From: Pseudaminobacter sp.
GTDB taxonomy: Bacteria > Pseudomonadota > Alphaproteobacteria > Rhizobiales > Rhizobiaceae
Length of the DNA: 61,979 nucleotides
Reading direction: 5' to 3'
NCBI GenBank assembly: GCA_049646905.1
Contig: JBARWP010000293.1
Coordinates: 1-61,979, forward strand
This document shows, in pieces, positions 1 through 10,588 of this stretch. The stretch's first letter is position 1. Every line of letters starts with the position of its first letter. Both the position numbers and the translations under genes were made by a program. Below the pieces are notes generated by a model. The model worked only from the letters and a program-made list of their open reading frames with translations, had not been told where the DNA came from and made no database searches.

Positions 1-674
1 CGGAGCCCGCTTGGACGCGGCAGCCCCGGGAACGCGAGCCGGATCTTTCCATTCCCGAACGCTGGCGAGCCCGGCGTAAGCCATGGCGTGGCTCCGCGAC
101 CTGGCGCTATCTGCGTGACGACCGTCACCTTCCCGAACGCATCCTCCGCGCCGCGATCGCTGCCGGCGTCTTGCGCGAAGGCCCGCATGGCAGCATGTGG
201 GCGGCACACATCGATGCGGGAGCTGTCACCGGTTGGGAGGAACGCGGCCCGGAATGGCGCGGCTTTGCGACGGGCGGCAGCAAGGTGCTGTTCCGGCTCG
301 GTCCGGCAGACGCCGGCCGCGTCTGCGTGACCGAAGCCGCCATCGACGCCATGAGCCTTGCTGCGATCGAGGCAAACAGACCAGATACGCTTTATGTCAG
401 CACCGGCGGCGGCTGGTCGCCAGCGACTGACGCGGCCATTCGCCTGGTGGCAGAGCGGTCGGAGGCACGGCTCGTCGCGGCCACCGACAACAATGTACAG
501 GGCGACATCTATGCCGATCGCCTTCTCGCCCTGGCCGAGGAGGTCGGATGCGGCGCCGAGCGACTGCGCCCCATTGCGAGTGACTGGAACGTCGATCTGA
601 AAGTGAGGGCGGAAGCAAGAGGAATGGAGGAAGGAGGCCGACTGCCGCATGCCCGCCGGGCGCGTCAAGGGTGA
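1..674 (+). CDS. DUF3991/Toprim-like domain protein, 5'-truncated by the window
   Basis: The frame is open from position 3 to the TGA at 672-674. Toprim-like motifs VTEAAIDAMS, STGGG and ATDND-like ATDNN are present. Typical rhizobial plasmid backbone gene. Confidence 0.8.
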   Translation, partial: EPAWTRQPREREPDLSIPERWRARRKPWRGSATWRYLRDDRHLPERILRAAIAAGVLREGPHGSMWAAHIDAGAVTGWEERGPEWRGFATGGSKVLFRLGPADAGRVCVTEAAIDAMSLAAIEANRPDTLYVSTGGGWSPATDAAIRLVAERSEARLVAATDNNVQGDIYADRLLALAEEVGCGAERLRPIASDWNVDLKVRAEARGMEEGGRLPHARRARQG

Positions 675-703
675 AGCTCCGCCCGGCTGCGCCGGCCCTT
701 GAC
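664..703. promoter_or_regulatory. GTCAAGGG...CCCTTGAC stem-loop upstream of the leading-region operon
   Basis: Inverted arms at 664-671 and 696-703 contain TTGAC. The same motif type recurs at 17713-17780. Confidence 0.45.
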
Positions 704-814
704 CCGCCCGGGCGGAGAGGCGGCCGCGGGGGAGGGGTCCGGAAGGGCTGAAGATGATGGTGATCCGCGAGGGATGAACCGCGCTCCGGCCCGCAATGGC
801 CAAGGAGCCTCCCC

Positions 815-1417
815 ATGACCCTCCAATCCTCCATCCGCAAGATCTACTTCGGTGTCACCGACCGCCGGCAGATGTTCCGCCTGTTCGACCGCCATGCCCA
901 GCGGCCCGATCGTTGGCAGAATGACGACAGCGCCCTGTTCGCCGGAGAGTGGTTCGAGATCGCACGCGCCGAACACGACTACATGCTCGACATCCTGCCG
1001 CCGCTCTGGATGCGCGGGGAAATGTTCGCGCTCGGCGAATTCCTCACCGGCAGCATCACCAGCGTCTTCTACACGCTGCGCATCGACGGCAAAACACGCT
1101 ACTTCCACGCCTATTGCGACCTGGCGCAGGCCCGTTCTCCGGTCGAGTTGCGCGACGCGATCGTCGGGCGTGAATCCTGGCCGGTGACGGCGATGACGCA
1201 TGAAGAGCGCCTGGAGCATATCTGGAGCGCCACCCATGATGAATATCGCGGCTACGCCGGCGAGCGCTTTCTGCCCGAGCATCGCGGCAGGCGCACCGTT
1301 CTCGTCTATGGCCGGGGGCGGACCGAGCTCAAGCTGCTCGACGACCTCACCGACGAGGAGATCGCTGCCAAGCTGCCGGTGCATTTGCGGCACGTTCCCG
1401 TCCGCGCAGCGGCGTGA
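815..1417 (+). CDS. DUF1419-like conserved plasmid protein
   Basis: 200-aa ORF with RBS AAGGAG. Motifs GEWFEI...YMLDILPPLW match this rhizobial plasmid family. Confidence 0.7.
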   Translation: MTLQSSIRKIYFGVTDRRQMFRLFDRHAQRPDRWQNDDSALFAGEWFEIARAEHDYMLDILPPLWMRGEMFALGEFLTGSITSVFYTLRIDGKTRYFHAYCDLAQARSPVELRDAIVGRESWPVTAMTHEERLEHIWSATHDEYRGYAGERFLPEHRGRRTVLVYGRGRTELKLLDDLTDEEIAAKLPVHLRHVPVRAAA

Positions 1418-1427
1418 GGTGTGAGCG

Positions 1428-1826
1428 ATGTTTACATTTCCGATTCTCGCCGTCCGCAAGGTCGTCGATCGCGGCATTGCCGATGCTGCCGCCAATGGCG
1501 GCTTTCGCAATCCCTATTACGGCACCCGCCCCGGCGAGGGCGAGAAGCCCGGCCTCTGGCTGGTCGGCGACGAGGGCGTCTACATCATGTCCAACGGCAA
1601 ACTGGCCGAAGGATCGCGCGCTTTCGTCGTCTATGCCGAGCAATGCCATCCCAAGGGCGACATGGATTGGTGGGACTACAAGCGCCGCCACTTCGGCGCC
1701 GATGACGGCATCGAGTTTATCGAGGCCGAGCGGCTGATCCCGCTCTTCGACCGCAACATAAGTGCCACGCACCTCAATGTGCAGCTCACCGAGACCGAAA
1801 TCGCGCTCTCGCTGATCACCCGCTGA
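1428..1826 (+). CDS. DUF3085-like protein
   Basis: Motif LWLVGDEGVYIMSN...YAEQC.P...FGADD; operonic with its neighbours. Confidence 0.75.
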   Translation: MFTFPILAVRKVVDRGIADAAANGGFRNPYYGTRPGEGEKPGLWLVGDEGVYIMSNGKLAEGSRAFVVYAEQCHPKGDMDWWDYKRRHFGADDGIEFIEAERLIPLFDRNISATHLNVQLTETEIALSLITR

Positions 1827-1911
1827 CTTTTTCAAACCCGCGACGCCGATCGCCCGGCCGGACCTGTTCGGCCGGCGGTTCGCGCACGCCTTCACTTATG
1901 GAGACTTTCCA

Positions 1912-4900
1912 ATGTCCAATGAGGATCCCTTCACCCTCGACCTCTTCGGCAATACCGCGCTTTCGTCCGGCCCCGGTCTCGGCGTCACCGCCTTCGGCAG
2001 CGATTTCGGAGCCGAGGATCCTGTGGACGAACGGCCTTCACCCCCGGCCGCGCCGGTCCCTCACGCAAAGCCCGTCCCGCAGCTCGCCAGACACGGGCGC
2101 GTCAATACAGCCACGGCTCGCGGCCAGAGCTTCTTTCTCGAAGGCGATCGCGGCCTGGCAAAGGGCTGGAAGCAGCGCGCCCGCGACAATCTCGCCGCCA
2201 TTCGGCTCGCTGTGGAAATCGAGGCCGAGGACCGGCCGGCAACGCCCGAGGAACAAGCCCGGCTCGTCGGCTTCACCGGCTTCGGGGCCTCGGACCTCGC
2301 CAATGCCGTGTTCCGGCGTCCGGGCGAAACCGCTTTCCGGGACGGCTGGGACGAGATCGGTGCCGACCTCGAGGACGCGGTGTCGCGTCAGGACTATGCC
2401 TCGCTGGCGCGCTGCACGCAGTATGCCCATTTCACGCCGGAGTTCATCGTCCGGGCGATGTGGTCCGGCCTGCAGCGGCTCGGCTGGCGCGGCGGCAGGG
2501 TGCTCGAACCCGGCATCGGCACTGGCCTGTTCCCCGCGCTGATGCCAGCGGAATTGCGCGACCAGGTGCATGTCACCGGCGTCGAGATCGATCCAGTCAC
2601 CGCCCGGATCGCCCGGCTGTTGCAGGCGCGGGCACGCATCATCAATGCCGACTTCGCGCGCGCCGATCTGCCGGCCAGTTTCGACCTTGCCATCGGCAAT
2701 CCGCCCTTTTCCGATCGCACCGTCCGCTCGGATCGTGCCTATCGGTCGATGGGGCCGCATCTGCACGACTACTTCATCGCTCGTTCGATCGACCTTCTGA
2801 AGCCGGGCGGCCTCGCGGCCTTCGTGACGAGCGCGGGCACGATGGACAAGGCGGATTGTTCGGCTCGCGAGCATATCGCGAAGTCCGCCGATCTCGTCGC
2901 CGCAATCCGCTTGCCCCAGGGCAGCTTCCAGGCCGATGCCGGTACCGATGTGGTGGTCGACATCCTGTTCTTCCGCAAGCGCAAGCCGGGAGAGGCGGAG
3001 GGCGACGTTACCTGGCTCGACACCGACGAGGTCCGCCTGGCCGACGGCGACGAGGGGGCCGTCAACGTGAATCGCTGGTTCGCCCGGCATCCCGATTTCG
3101 TGCTCGGCACTCATGCCAGCACGTCGGGCCCGTACGGAGAGACCTACACCTGCCTGCCGCGTCCCGGCGTCGATCTCGCGTCGGCGCTGTCCCATGCGAT
3201 CTCCCTGCTCCCGGAAGCCATCTATGACTGCGAGCCCGAGGCAATCGACCGCGACGGCGACGACATCGACGGGGCAGGGGAGTCGCTTCCCAACGCTCCC
3301 GCGATCCGTGAGGGCAGCTACTTCATCGCGTCGAATACGGCGCTGATGCAGATGGTCGACGGGGTTCCCTCAACCATCACCGTGCGCAAGGGGCGCAGCG
3401 CCGACGGCGTGCCCGACAAGCATGCGCGCATTATCCGCAAGCTGATCCCGATCCGCGATGCGGTGCGCGAGGTCTTGAAGGCGCAGGAGCTCGACCGGCC
3501 CTGGAAGCCGGCACAGGTCAAGCTGCGCATCGCCTGGTCCAATTTCGTGCGCGCTTTCGGGCCGATCAACACCACGGTCGTCTCCGCCAGCGAGGATCGC
3601 GAGACCGGTGAGGTGCGCGAGACGCATCGCCGTCCGAACCTGCAACCGTTTCTCGACGATCCTGATTGCTGGCTGGTCGCCTCGATCGAGGACTACGACC
3701 TCGAGACCGACACGGCCCGGCCCGGTCCGATCTTCACCCAACGGGTGATCGCCCCGCCGTCGGCGCCCATCATCACCTCGGCCGCCGATGCCCTGGCCGT
3801 CGTTCTCAACGAGCGCGGCCATGTCGATGTCGATCACATCGCCGAGCTACTGCACGCGGACGCCGATGCTGTCATCGCCGAACTGGACGACGCCATCTAT
3901 CGCGACCCGGAATCCGGCTCCTGGCAGATGGCCGATGCTTATCTTTCGGGCCAGGTCCGCGACAAGCTCAAGGCGGCCGAAGCGGCTGCCGGTCTCGACC
4001 CCGTCTTCGGGCGCAATGTCCGCGCCCTGGTCGAGGTCCAGCCGGCCGATCTCGGCCCGTCCGATATCACCGCGCGTCTCGGCGCACCCTGGATTCCGGC
4101 TGTCGATGTCGTCGCCTTCGTCAAGGAGACTCTGGGCGCCGACATCCGCATCCACCACATGCCGGAGCTCGCCTCATGGACGGTAGAGGCGCGCCAGCTC
4201 GGCTGGATGGCGGCCGGCACCTCGGAATGGGGCACCGAACGCCGGCATGCCGGCGAGCTCATTGCCGATGCACTGAACAGCCGCGTGCCGCAGATCTTCG
4301 ACATCATCAGGGAGGGCCAGGCCGAGAGGCGCGTGCTCAATGTCGTCGAGACCGAGGCCGCGAAGGAAAAGCTCACCAAGATCAAGACGGCATTCCAGAC
4401 CTGGATCTGGTCCGATCCCGATCGCACCGATCGGCTGGCGCGGATCTATAATGACCGCTTCAACAATATCGCCCCGCGAAGTTTCAACGGAGACCATCTG
4501 CAACTCCCGGGCGCCTCTGGCGCCTTTTCTCTTTATCGGCACCAGAAGCGCGGCATCTGGCGCATCATCGCGGCCGGCGCGACCTACCTCGCCCATGCCG
4601 TCGGCGCCGGCAAGACCATGACGATGGCAGCCGCCATCATGGAACAACGTCGGCTCGGTCTCATCGCCAAAGCCATGCTGGTCGTGCCCGGGCATTGCCT
4701 GGCGCAGGCCGCGCGCGAGTTCCTCGCGCTCTATCCGACCGCCCGCATCCTCGTCGCCGACGAGACCAATTTCACTTTAGCCAAGCGGCACCGCTTCCTG
4801 TCGCGGGCGGCCACCGCGACCTGGGACGCGATCATCATCACCCATTCGGCCTTCCGCTTCATCAGCGTGCCGTCCGCCTTCGAGAGCCAAATGATCCAGG

Positions 4901-7017
4901 ATGAGCTCGAGCTCTACGAGACGCTGCTGACCAAGGTCGAGAGCGGCGACCGCGTCTCGCGCAAGCGGCTCGAGCGGTTGAAGGAGGGCCTCAAGGAGCG
5001 CCTGGAGTCGCTGGCCACCCGCAAGGATGACCTGCTGACGATCTCCGAGATCGGCATCGACCAGATCATCGTCGACGAGGCGCAGGAATTCAGAAAACTC
5101 TCCTTCGCCACCAACATGTCGACCTTGAAGGGCATCGATCCGAACGGCTCGCAACGCGCCTGGGACCTCTATGTGAAATCCCGCTTCGTCGAGACGAAGA
5201 ATCCCGGCCGGGCGCTCATCCTCGCCTCCGGCACGCCGATCACCAATACGCTGGGCGAGATGTTCTCGGTGCAGCGCTATCTGGGCTACGCCGCGTTACA
5301 CGAGCGCGGTCTGCACGAGTTCGACGCCTGGGCCTCGACCTTCGGCGACGTCACCACCGAGCTCGAACTGCAGCCCAACGGCAAATACAAGCCCGTCACC
5401 CGCTTCGCCACCTTCGTCAACGTGCCCGAGCTGATCGCCATGTTCCGCTCCTTCGCGGACGTCGTGATGCCCGAGGACCTGCGCGAATACGTGAAGGTGC
5501 CGGCGCTCGCGACCGGTGCGCGGCAGATCAGGACCTCGAAGCCGTCAGACACCTTCAAGCGCTATCAGGTCCTGCTCGACGCCCGCATCAAGGCCATCGA
5601 ACAACGCGAAGGGCCGCCCGAGCCGGGCGACGATATTCTGCTGTCGGTCATCACAGATGGCCGCCACGCGGCGATCGACCTGCGCCTGGTCGATGCCGAC
5701 AATGACAATGAGGCGGACAACAAGCTCAACGACCTTGTTTCCAACGCCTTCCGCATCTGGCAGGAAACCGCCGGCAATGACTATGTCCGCCCCGACGGCA
5801 AGCCCTTCGAGCTATCCGGCGCCGCGCAGATGATCTTCTCCGATCTCGGCACCATCAGCGTCGAGAAGACGCGCGGCTTCTCGGCCTATCGCTGGATCCG
5901 CGACGAGCTGGTTCGCATGGGCGTTCCGGCGTCCGAGATCGCCTTCATGCAAGATTTCAAGAAGTCCGAGGCCAAGCAGCGTCTGTTCGGCGACGTCCGC
6001 GCCGGCAAGGTCCGTTTTCTGATCGGTTCCTCCGACACGATGGGCACCGGCGTCAATGCACAGCTCCGCCTCAAGGCGCTGCACCATCTCGACGTGCCTT
6101 GGTTGCCCTCGCAGATCGAGCAGCGCGAGGGTCGCATCCTTCGCCAGGGCAACCAGCACGACGTCATCGACATCTTCGCCTACGCCACCGAGGGTTCGAT
6201 GGATGCCCAGATGTGGCAGAACAATGAGCGCAAGGCCCGGTTCATCGCGGCGGCGCTCTCAGGCGACACTTCGGTTCGCCGGCTTGAGGACTTGGGCGAG
6301 GGGCAGGCAAACCAGTTCGCGATGGCCAAGGCCATTGCCTCGGGCGATCCCCGCCTGATGCAGAAAGCGGGTCTCGAAGCCGATATCGCCCGGCTCGAAC
6401 GGCTGCGCTTTGCGCATCAGGACGATCAGTTCGCCATCCGCCGCCAGCTTCGCGATGCCGAGCGGGATATCGAATATGCGACGCGGCGGATCGGCGAGAT
6501 CGGCCAGGACCTCGCTCGGCTCGTCCCGACGGCCGGCGACGCCTTCGGCATGACCGTCGCCAGCGAAGCCTTTACCGAGCGCAAGCTCGCCGGCCGGGCA
6601 CTCATGAAGGAGATCCTGACGCTGGTGCAGCTTCAGCATGAAGGCGAGACCGTTATCGCCTCGGTCGGCGGATTCGAGCTCGAATATTCCGGCCAGCGCT
6701 TCGGCCAGGACGGCTATCGCTACACCACCATGCTGATGCGCACCGGCGCCGAGACGGAAATCGAACTGCCGGTCACCACCACGCCGCTCGGTTCGATCGC
6801 CCGGCTTGAGCATGTCCTTGCCGGCCTCGAGGAGGAGCATGAGCGATATCGGCGTCGCCTCTCTGACGCCGAGCGGCGCCTCGCCTCCTATCGTTCGCGC
6901 GAGGGCGGCGAGTTTGCCTTCTCGGACGAGCTGGCCGACAAGCGCCGGCAACTTGGCGAGTTAGATAAGTCGCTTGCCGAAGACCTCGTGGCGGGCGGCG
7001 AACGCGCCGCGGCCTAG
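1912..7017 (+). CDS. N6-adenine DNA methylase / SNF2-family helicase fusion (DarB-like)
   Basis: 1701 aa. MTase motifs VLEPGIGTG and IGNPPF; helicase motifs HAVGAGKT, VDEAQ, SGTP and QREGR. Confidence 0.9.
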   Translation: MSNEDPFTLDLFGNTALSSGPGLGVTAFGSDFGAEDPVDERPSPPAAPVPHAKPVPQLARHGRVNTATARGQSFFLEGDRGLAKGWKQRARDNLAAIRLAVEIEAEDRPATPEEQARLVGFTGFGASDLANAVFRRPGETAFRDGWDEIGADLEDAVSRQDYASLARCTQYAHFTPEFIVRAMWSGLQRLGWRGGRVLEPGIGTGLFPALMPAELRDQVHVTGVEIDPVTARIARLLQARARIINADFARADLPASFDLAIGNPPFSDRTVRSDRAYRSMGPHLHDYFIARSIDLLKPGGLAAFVTSAGTMDKADCSAREHIAKSADLVAAIRLPQGSFQADAGTDVVVDILFFRKRKPGEAEGDVTWLDTDEVRLADGDEGAVNVNRWFARHPDFVLGTHASTSGPYGETYTCLPRPGVDLASALSHAISLLPEAIYDCEPEAIDRDGDDIDGAGESLPNAPAIREGSYFIASNTALMQMVDGVPSTITVRKGRSADGVPDKHARIIRKLIPIRDAVREVLKAQELDRPWKPAQVKLRIAWSNFVRAFGPINTTVVSASEDRETGEVRETHRRPNLQPFLDDPDCWLVASIEDYDLETDTARPGPIFTQRVIAPPSAPIITSAADALAVVLNERGHVDVDHIAELLHADADAVIAELDDAIYRDPESGSWQMADAYLSGQVRDKLKAAEAAAGLDPVFGRNVRALVEVQPADLGPSDITARLGAPWIPAVDVVAFVKETLGADIRIHHMPELASWTVEARQLGWMAAGTSEWGTERRHAGELIADALNSRVPQIFDIIREGQAERRVLNVVETEAAKEKLTKIKTAFQTWIWSDPDRTDRLARIYNDRFNNIAPRSFNGDHLQLPGASGAFSLYRHQKRGIWRIIAAGATYLAHAVGAGKTMTMAAAIMEQRRLGLIAKAMLVVPGHCLAQAAREFLALYPTARILVADETNFTLAKRHRFLSRAATATWDAIIITHSAFRFISVPSAFESQMIQDELELYETLLTKVESGDRVSRKRLERLKEGLKERLESLATRKDDLLTISEIGIDQIIVDEAQEFRKLSFATNMSTLKGIDPNGSQRAWDLYVKSRFVETKNPGRALILASGTPITNTLGEMFSVQRYLGYAALHERGLHEFDAWASTFGDVTTELELQPNGKYKPVTRFATFVNVPELIAMFRSFADVVMPEDLREYVKVPALATGARQIRTSKPSDTFKRYQVLLDARIKAIEQREGPPEPGDDILLSVITDGRHAAIDLRLVDADNDNEADNKLNDLVSNAFRIWQETAGNDYVRPDGKPFELSGAAQMIFSDLGTISVEKTRGFSAYRWIRDELVRMGVPASEIAFMQDFKKSEAKQRLFGDVRAGKVRFLIGSSDTMGTGVNAQLRLKALHHLDVPWLPSQIEQREGRILRQGNQHDVIDIFAYATEGSMDAQMWQNNERKARFIAAALSGDTSVRRLEDLGEGQANQFAMAKAIASGDPRLMQKAGLEADIARLERLRFAHQDDQFAIRRQLRDAERDIEYATRRIGEIGQDLARLVPTAGDAFGMTVASEAFTERKLAGRALMKEILTLVQLQHEGETVIASVGGFELEYSGQRFGQDGYRYTTMLMRTGAETEIELPVTTTPLGSIARLEHVLAGLEEEHERYRRRLSDAERRLASYRSREGGEFAFSDELADKRRQLGELDKSLAEDLVAGGERAAA

Positions 7018-7033
7018 TCGGCCTCGAGGTGCT

Positions 7034-7060
7034 GCCGGTCAACGTCACCTGTTGACCGGC
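7034..7060 (+). terminator. Hairpin downstream of the methylase-helicase gene
   Basis: GCCGGTCAAC-7 nt-GTTGACCGGC directly after the stop codon; no strong U-tract. Confidence 0.4.
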
Positions 7061-7276
7061 CGTCGCTGTTCGCTAAGCTGAGCCTATCTGAGCAAAGGAT
7101 GGCGCCAGACGCGACCCAAGCCATCCCGATAACCGGCGAGCGGAACATCCGTAACGCCGAAGATAAGAAGAAACAGCACCAGCTCATGCTGGCCGCGCTG
7201 CGCAAGATTTCCATCAAGAACAACATCTGGCCTGCTGCCGAATGGGCAGGGCGGCCTCAACGCATATGGAGATTCC

Positions 7277-8071
7277 ATGCGGTACGCACTTATCAAAGGG
7301 GAGCGGCATGAAGCCGAGCCTCGTCTTGTCGGCACCTGTCCTGGCTGCGCTCAAACGATGATCGCAAAATGCGGGGACCGGAGAATTCACCATTGGGCGC
7401 ACAAGGGCATCCGCGTCTGCGACCCCTGGTGGGAGCCCGAAACCCCTTGGCACCGGGCGTGGAAGCGGGAGTTCGACGACGCCTGGCAGGAAGTTATCCT
7501 CCACGGCGAATTGGCCGAAAAGCACATTGCCGACGTTCGCACCGACCATGGGCTCGTTCTCGAGTTCCAGCATTCGCACATCTCGCCGCTGGAGCGGCAA
7601 TCGCGCGAGGCGTTCTATCGCAACATGGCCTGGATCGTCGACGGAACCCGGCGCAAGCGGGATCTGCCCCGATTCATTGACGGGCACCGAGCGCTGCGGC
7701 CCACGCCCTGGAGAGGCATTTACGCCACTCCGTTTCCTCAGGAGTGTTTCCCATCTGACTGGCTCGACAGGGCTGTGCCGGTGTTCTTCGACTTTGCTGG
7801 CATGGAGCCGCTCGATCAGCGCGCCGGGATCGAGCGGCGCCTGTTGTGGGGACTGCTGCCTGGACGCGCCGATGGGCACGCCGTCATCGTCGCTCTTGCC
7901 CGCCAACGTCTCGTTCTGGCGGCGCGCACCCGGCCCCAGATCGTTCCGGCCCGCGAGATCGTCGTCACCCTTGGTTACCGGTATCGAGCGGCGCGCGTCG
8001 AGGCGCGTCGATATGCGGGGCTCCCGGCCTGGCGCCGGCGGACACGGCGGCGTCATGCCACTCGGTTCTAG
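7277..8071 (+). CDS. CoiA-like nuclease-domain protein
   Basis: N-terminal CPGC...HWAH...C zinc motif, ETPWH..WK, and IADV...LEFQHS (PD-(D/E)XK-like). Confidence 0.8.
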   Translation: MRYALIKGERHEAEPRLVGTCPGCAQTMIAKCGDRRIHHWAHKGIRVCDPWWEPETPWHRAWKREFDDAWQEVILHGELAEKHIADVRTDHGLVLEFQHSHISPLERQSREAFYRNMAWIVDGTRRKRDLPRFIDGHRALRPTPWRGIYATPFPQECFPSDWLDRAVPVFFDFAGMEPLDQRAGIERRLLWGLLPGRADGHAVIVALARQRLVLAARTRPQIVPAREIVVTLGYRYRAARVEARRYAGLPAWRRRTRRRHATRF

Positions 8072-8342
8072 CCCGGGCCTTTGGAGGGGGAAGCAGGAAT
8101 GAAGAGGGGATGAGCCCGCTCGCAGATCGGGCGATCCGCCGACGCTGACGCTCAATCGCCCCCGTCGCGATCCCGGCCCGTCATCCTGCGCAGGGCTGCA
8201 AGCCCCGCTTGGCCAGCCGGGCAGGAATGCTCGGGCGCAATTGCACCGGCCCGCCCGCACCGCGGGCCGGGGGATGTCTTCGGAACGAGGACGAGAAAGG
8301 ACCGGCGATGGGCCGCGTCCACAACCTCCAAGGAGCATTCTC

Positions 8343-10025
8343 ATGGAACTGAAATTTGTCGATCCGCGCTCGCTGAAGGACAATCCCGACAAGGCGCGCC
8401 GCTCCAAGTCCAGCCCGCAGGCCGACGCCCTGCTGCTGGCAACCATCAAGGCCGTCGGCATCGTGCAGCCGCCTGTGGTCGCCGCCGAAACCGAGGGCGG
8501 CAATGGCTTCGTCATCGACGAGGGCCATCGTCGCGTCAAGCAGGCGATCGCCGCCGGCCTCGAGGAGATCGCCGTTCTGGTCGTGCCCCGGGCCGAGGAT
8601 GGCGGCGCCATGCGCTCGCTCGTCACGACGATCGCGCACGAGCAACTCAATCCCGTCGACCAGTGGCGCGCCATCGAGCGTCTCGTCGCGCTCGGCTGGA
8701 CCGAGGAGGCGATCGGCATCGCGCTCGCCCAGTCGGTGCGCCAGATCAAGAAGCTGCGCCTGCTCGCCAATGTGCTGCCGGCGATGCTGGATCACATGGC
8801 CAAGGGCGACATACCCGACGAGCGGCAGCTCCGCACGATCGCGGCCGCCTCGCTCGAGGATCAGAAGGAGGTCTGGAAGGCCAACAAGCCGTCCAAAGGC
8901 GACCCGCAGGTCTCGTGGTGGAGTGTCGCCAACGCTCTCGCCAAGACCCGCATGTATGCGCGCGATGCCAGCTTCGGCGACGACCTCGCCCAGGCCTACG
9001 GCATCGCCTGGGTCGAGGACCTGTTCGCCCCGGCCGACCAGGACAGCCGCTATACCACTGACGTCGAGGCCTTCCTCGGCGCACAACAGGAGTGGATGAC
9101 GCAGAACCTTCCGAAAAAGGGCGTCATCGCCGAGGTCAGTAACTACGGCGAGGTCAAGCTGCCGCCCAAGGCCGAGCGCGTCTATGGCACGCCCAAGAAG
9201 TCGGACCACACTGCGATGTACCTTGACCGCGAGGGCAAGGTGAAGACGGTCCACTTCCGCATGCCCGAGGCGAAGAAGAAGGGCAAGGCTGCGGAAGAGG
9301 CCGGCGGCGCGGACGAGACACTGGTCGTCTCCAAGCCTCGTCCGGACGTGACGCGCAAAGGCGTCGAGATGATCGGCGACCTGCGCACCGATGCGTTGCA
9401 TGAGGCGCTGTCGCGGGCGCCGATCGAGGATGACACCCTGCTCGCGCTGCTCGTCCTTGCCTTCGCGGGGCAAAACGTCCGGGTCGATTCCGGGGCCGGC
9501 GGCGATTTCCGCTTTGGCGGGCGCTTCGGCCGGCACGCGGCTGCGCTGTTCGATGCCGAGGGCAAGTTCGCCTTCGACACCGACACGCTGCGCATCGCTG
9601 CCCGAGGCGTGCTGATGGACGTGCTCTCATGCCGCGAAGGCATCAGCAAGTCCGGCATCGTCGCGATCGTCGCCGGCGGCACGATCGGCGCGGACGGCTT
9701 CCTCGCCAATATGGGCACGGAGGACTTCCTCTCCTGCCTGTCGCGTCCGGCGCTCGAAGGCTCGTGCGCCGATACGCCGGTACTGCCGCGCGCCCGCGTG
9801 AAGGACACGCGCGCCGCGCTCGTCGAGCACTTCAAGGAGGGCCATTTCGTCCACCCGGCGGCGCTGTTCGCCCCCGATGCGACCAGCCTTGCCGAATGGC
9901 TCGCCAAGAGCACCGTCACCGAGGTCGAGGACGATGATGTGCCTGACGCCGAGCACGTCGGCGGCGAGGACCAGGCGCCCGAGGACCACGAGATCGAGGA
10001 GGGCTACCGCGAAGCCGCTGAGTAG
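8343..10025 (+). CDS. ParB/RepB/Spo0J-domain leading-region protein
   Basis: ATG 8343 follows RBS AAGGAG. ParB N-terminal motif (IKAVGIVQPPVV...GHRR), HTH, acidic tail. Confidence 0.85.
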   Translation: MELKFVDPRSLKDNPDKARRSKSSPQADALLLATIKAVGIVQPPVVAAETEGGNGFVIDEGHRRVKQAIAAGLEEIAVLVVPRAEDGGAMRSLVTTIAHEQLNPVDQWRAIERLVALGWTEEAIGIALAQSVRQIKKLRLLANVLPAMLDHMAKGDIPDERQLRTIAAASLEDQKEVWKANKPSKGDPQVSWWSVANALAKTRMYARDASFGDDLAQAYGIAWVEDLFAPADQDSRYTTDVEAFLGAQQEWMTQNLPKKGVIAEVSNYGEVKLPPKAERVYGTPKKSDHTAMYLDREGKVKTVHFRMPEAKKKGKAAEEAGGADETLVVSKPRPDVTRKGVEMIGDLRTDALHEALSRAPIEDDTLLALLVLAFAGQNVRVDSGAGGDFRFGGRFGRHAAALFDAEGKFAFDTDTLRIAARGVLMDVLSCREGISKSGIVAIVAGGTIGADGFLANMGTEDFLSCLSRPALEGSCADTPVLPRARVKDTRAALVEHFKEGHFVHPAALFAPDATSLAEWLAKSTVTEVEDDDVPDAEHVGGEDQAPEDHEIEEGYREAAE

Positions 10026-10050
10026 CGCCCCGCTTCTTCTTTCGATCGCT

Positions 10051-10086
10051 CCGCCGCCGCCGGGTTCGCCCGGCGGCGGTTTCGTT
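10051..10086 (+). terminator. Rho-independent terminator-like hairpin
   Basis: CCGCCGCCGGG-TTCG-CCCGGCGGCGG followed by TTTCGTTT. Confidence 0.55.
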
Positions 10087-10111
10087 TCCAGCCCCACCTA
10101 TGGAGGACATC

Positions 10112-10588
10112 ATGTCCGCGCATACGATATTTGAATCCGCGCCGATCGGCGCCATCGTCGCCTGGTCCGACGGCACGCCGCGGCCGCCGGAACGGCATTC
10201 CAAAAAGCTCGCCGCCTGGGAGAACAGCAACAGCCAGGGACGGCTCATCCGCAAACAGGCTGGTCGCGAGGCGGGCACGCCTGGCTCCACCGGAAGCTTC
10301 ACCCTGCACGAGGCTGATTACGGCGCCGGCGGCGTCATCGCTATCCGCGTCCACCGGACCTTCTCGCGTGGGTCCAGCCTGCGCTTCACCATCGTCGAGC
10401 GCCCTCCGGTTGGCTCCGTGCGCGTGTTCGACCGTGCTGGTGACCATGCCGAGCTGGTCCACCTCGCTCCCCATCGCGCCGCCGCCCAACATTGGCTGTC
10501 GCAGCACGGCTATCCCAAAGCCGTGCTCGAGGATGTCACGGCCGACGAGGCGGCGGCAGATGTCGTCGACGGGAGGACCGCGGCATGA
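10112..10588 (+). CDS. Conserved plasmid hypothetical protein
   Basis: RBS GGAGGA before ATG 10112; ATGA-coupled to the next gene. Confidence 0.75.
   Translation: MSAHTIFESAPIGAIVAWSDGTPRPPERHSKKLAAWENSNSQGRLIRKQAGREAGTPGSTGSFTLHEADYGAGGVIAIRVHRTFSRGSSLRFTIVERPPVGSVRVFDRAGDHAELVHLAPHRAAAQHWLSQHGYPKAVLEDVTADEAAADVVDGRTAA

Noticed and set aside
7214..8770. 518-aa minus-strand ORF and the many other long antisense or alternate-frame ORFs in the track
   Set aside because: They overlap well-supported genes, have Arg/Pro/Ser-rich junk composition, and are expected shadow ORFs in high-GC DNA.
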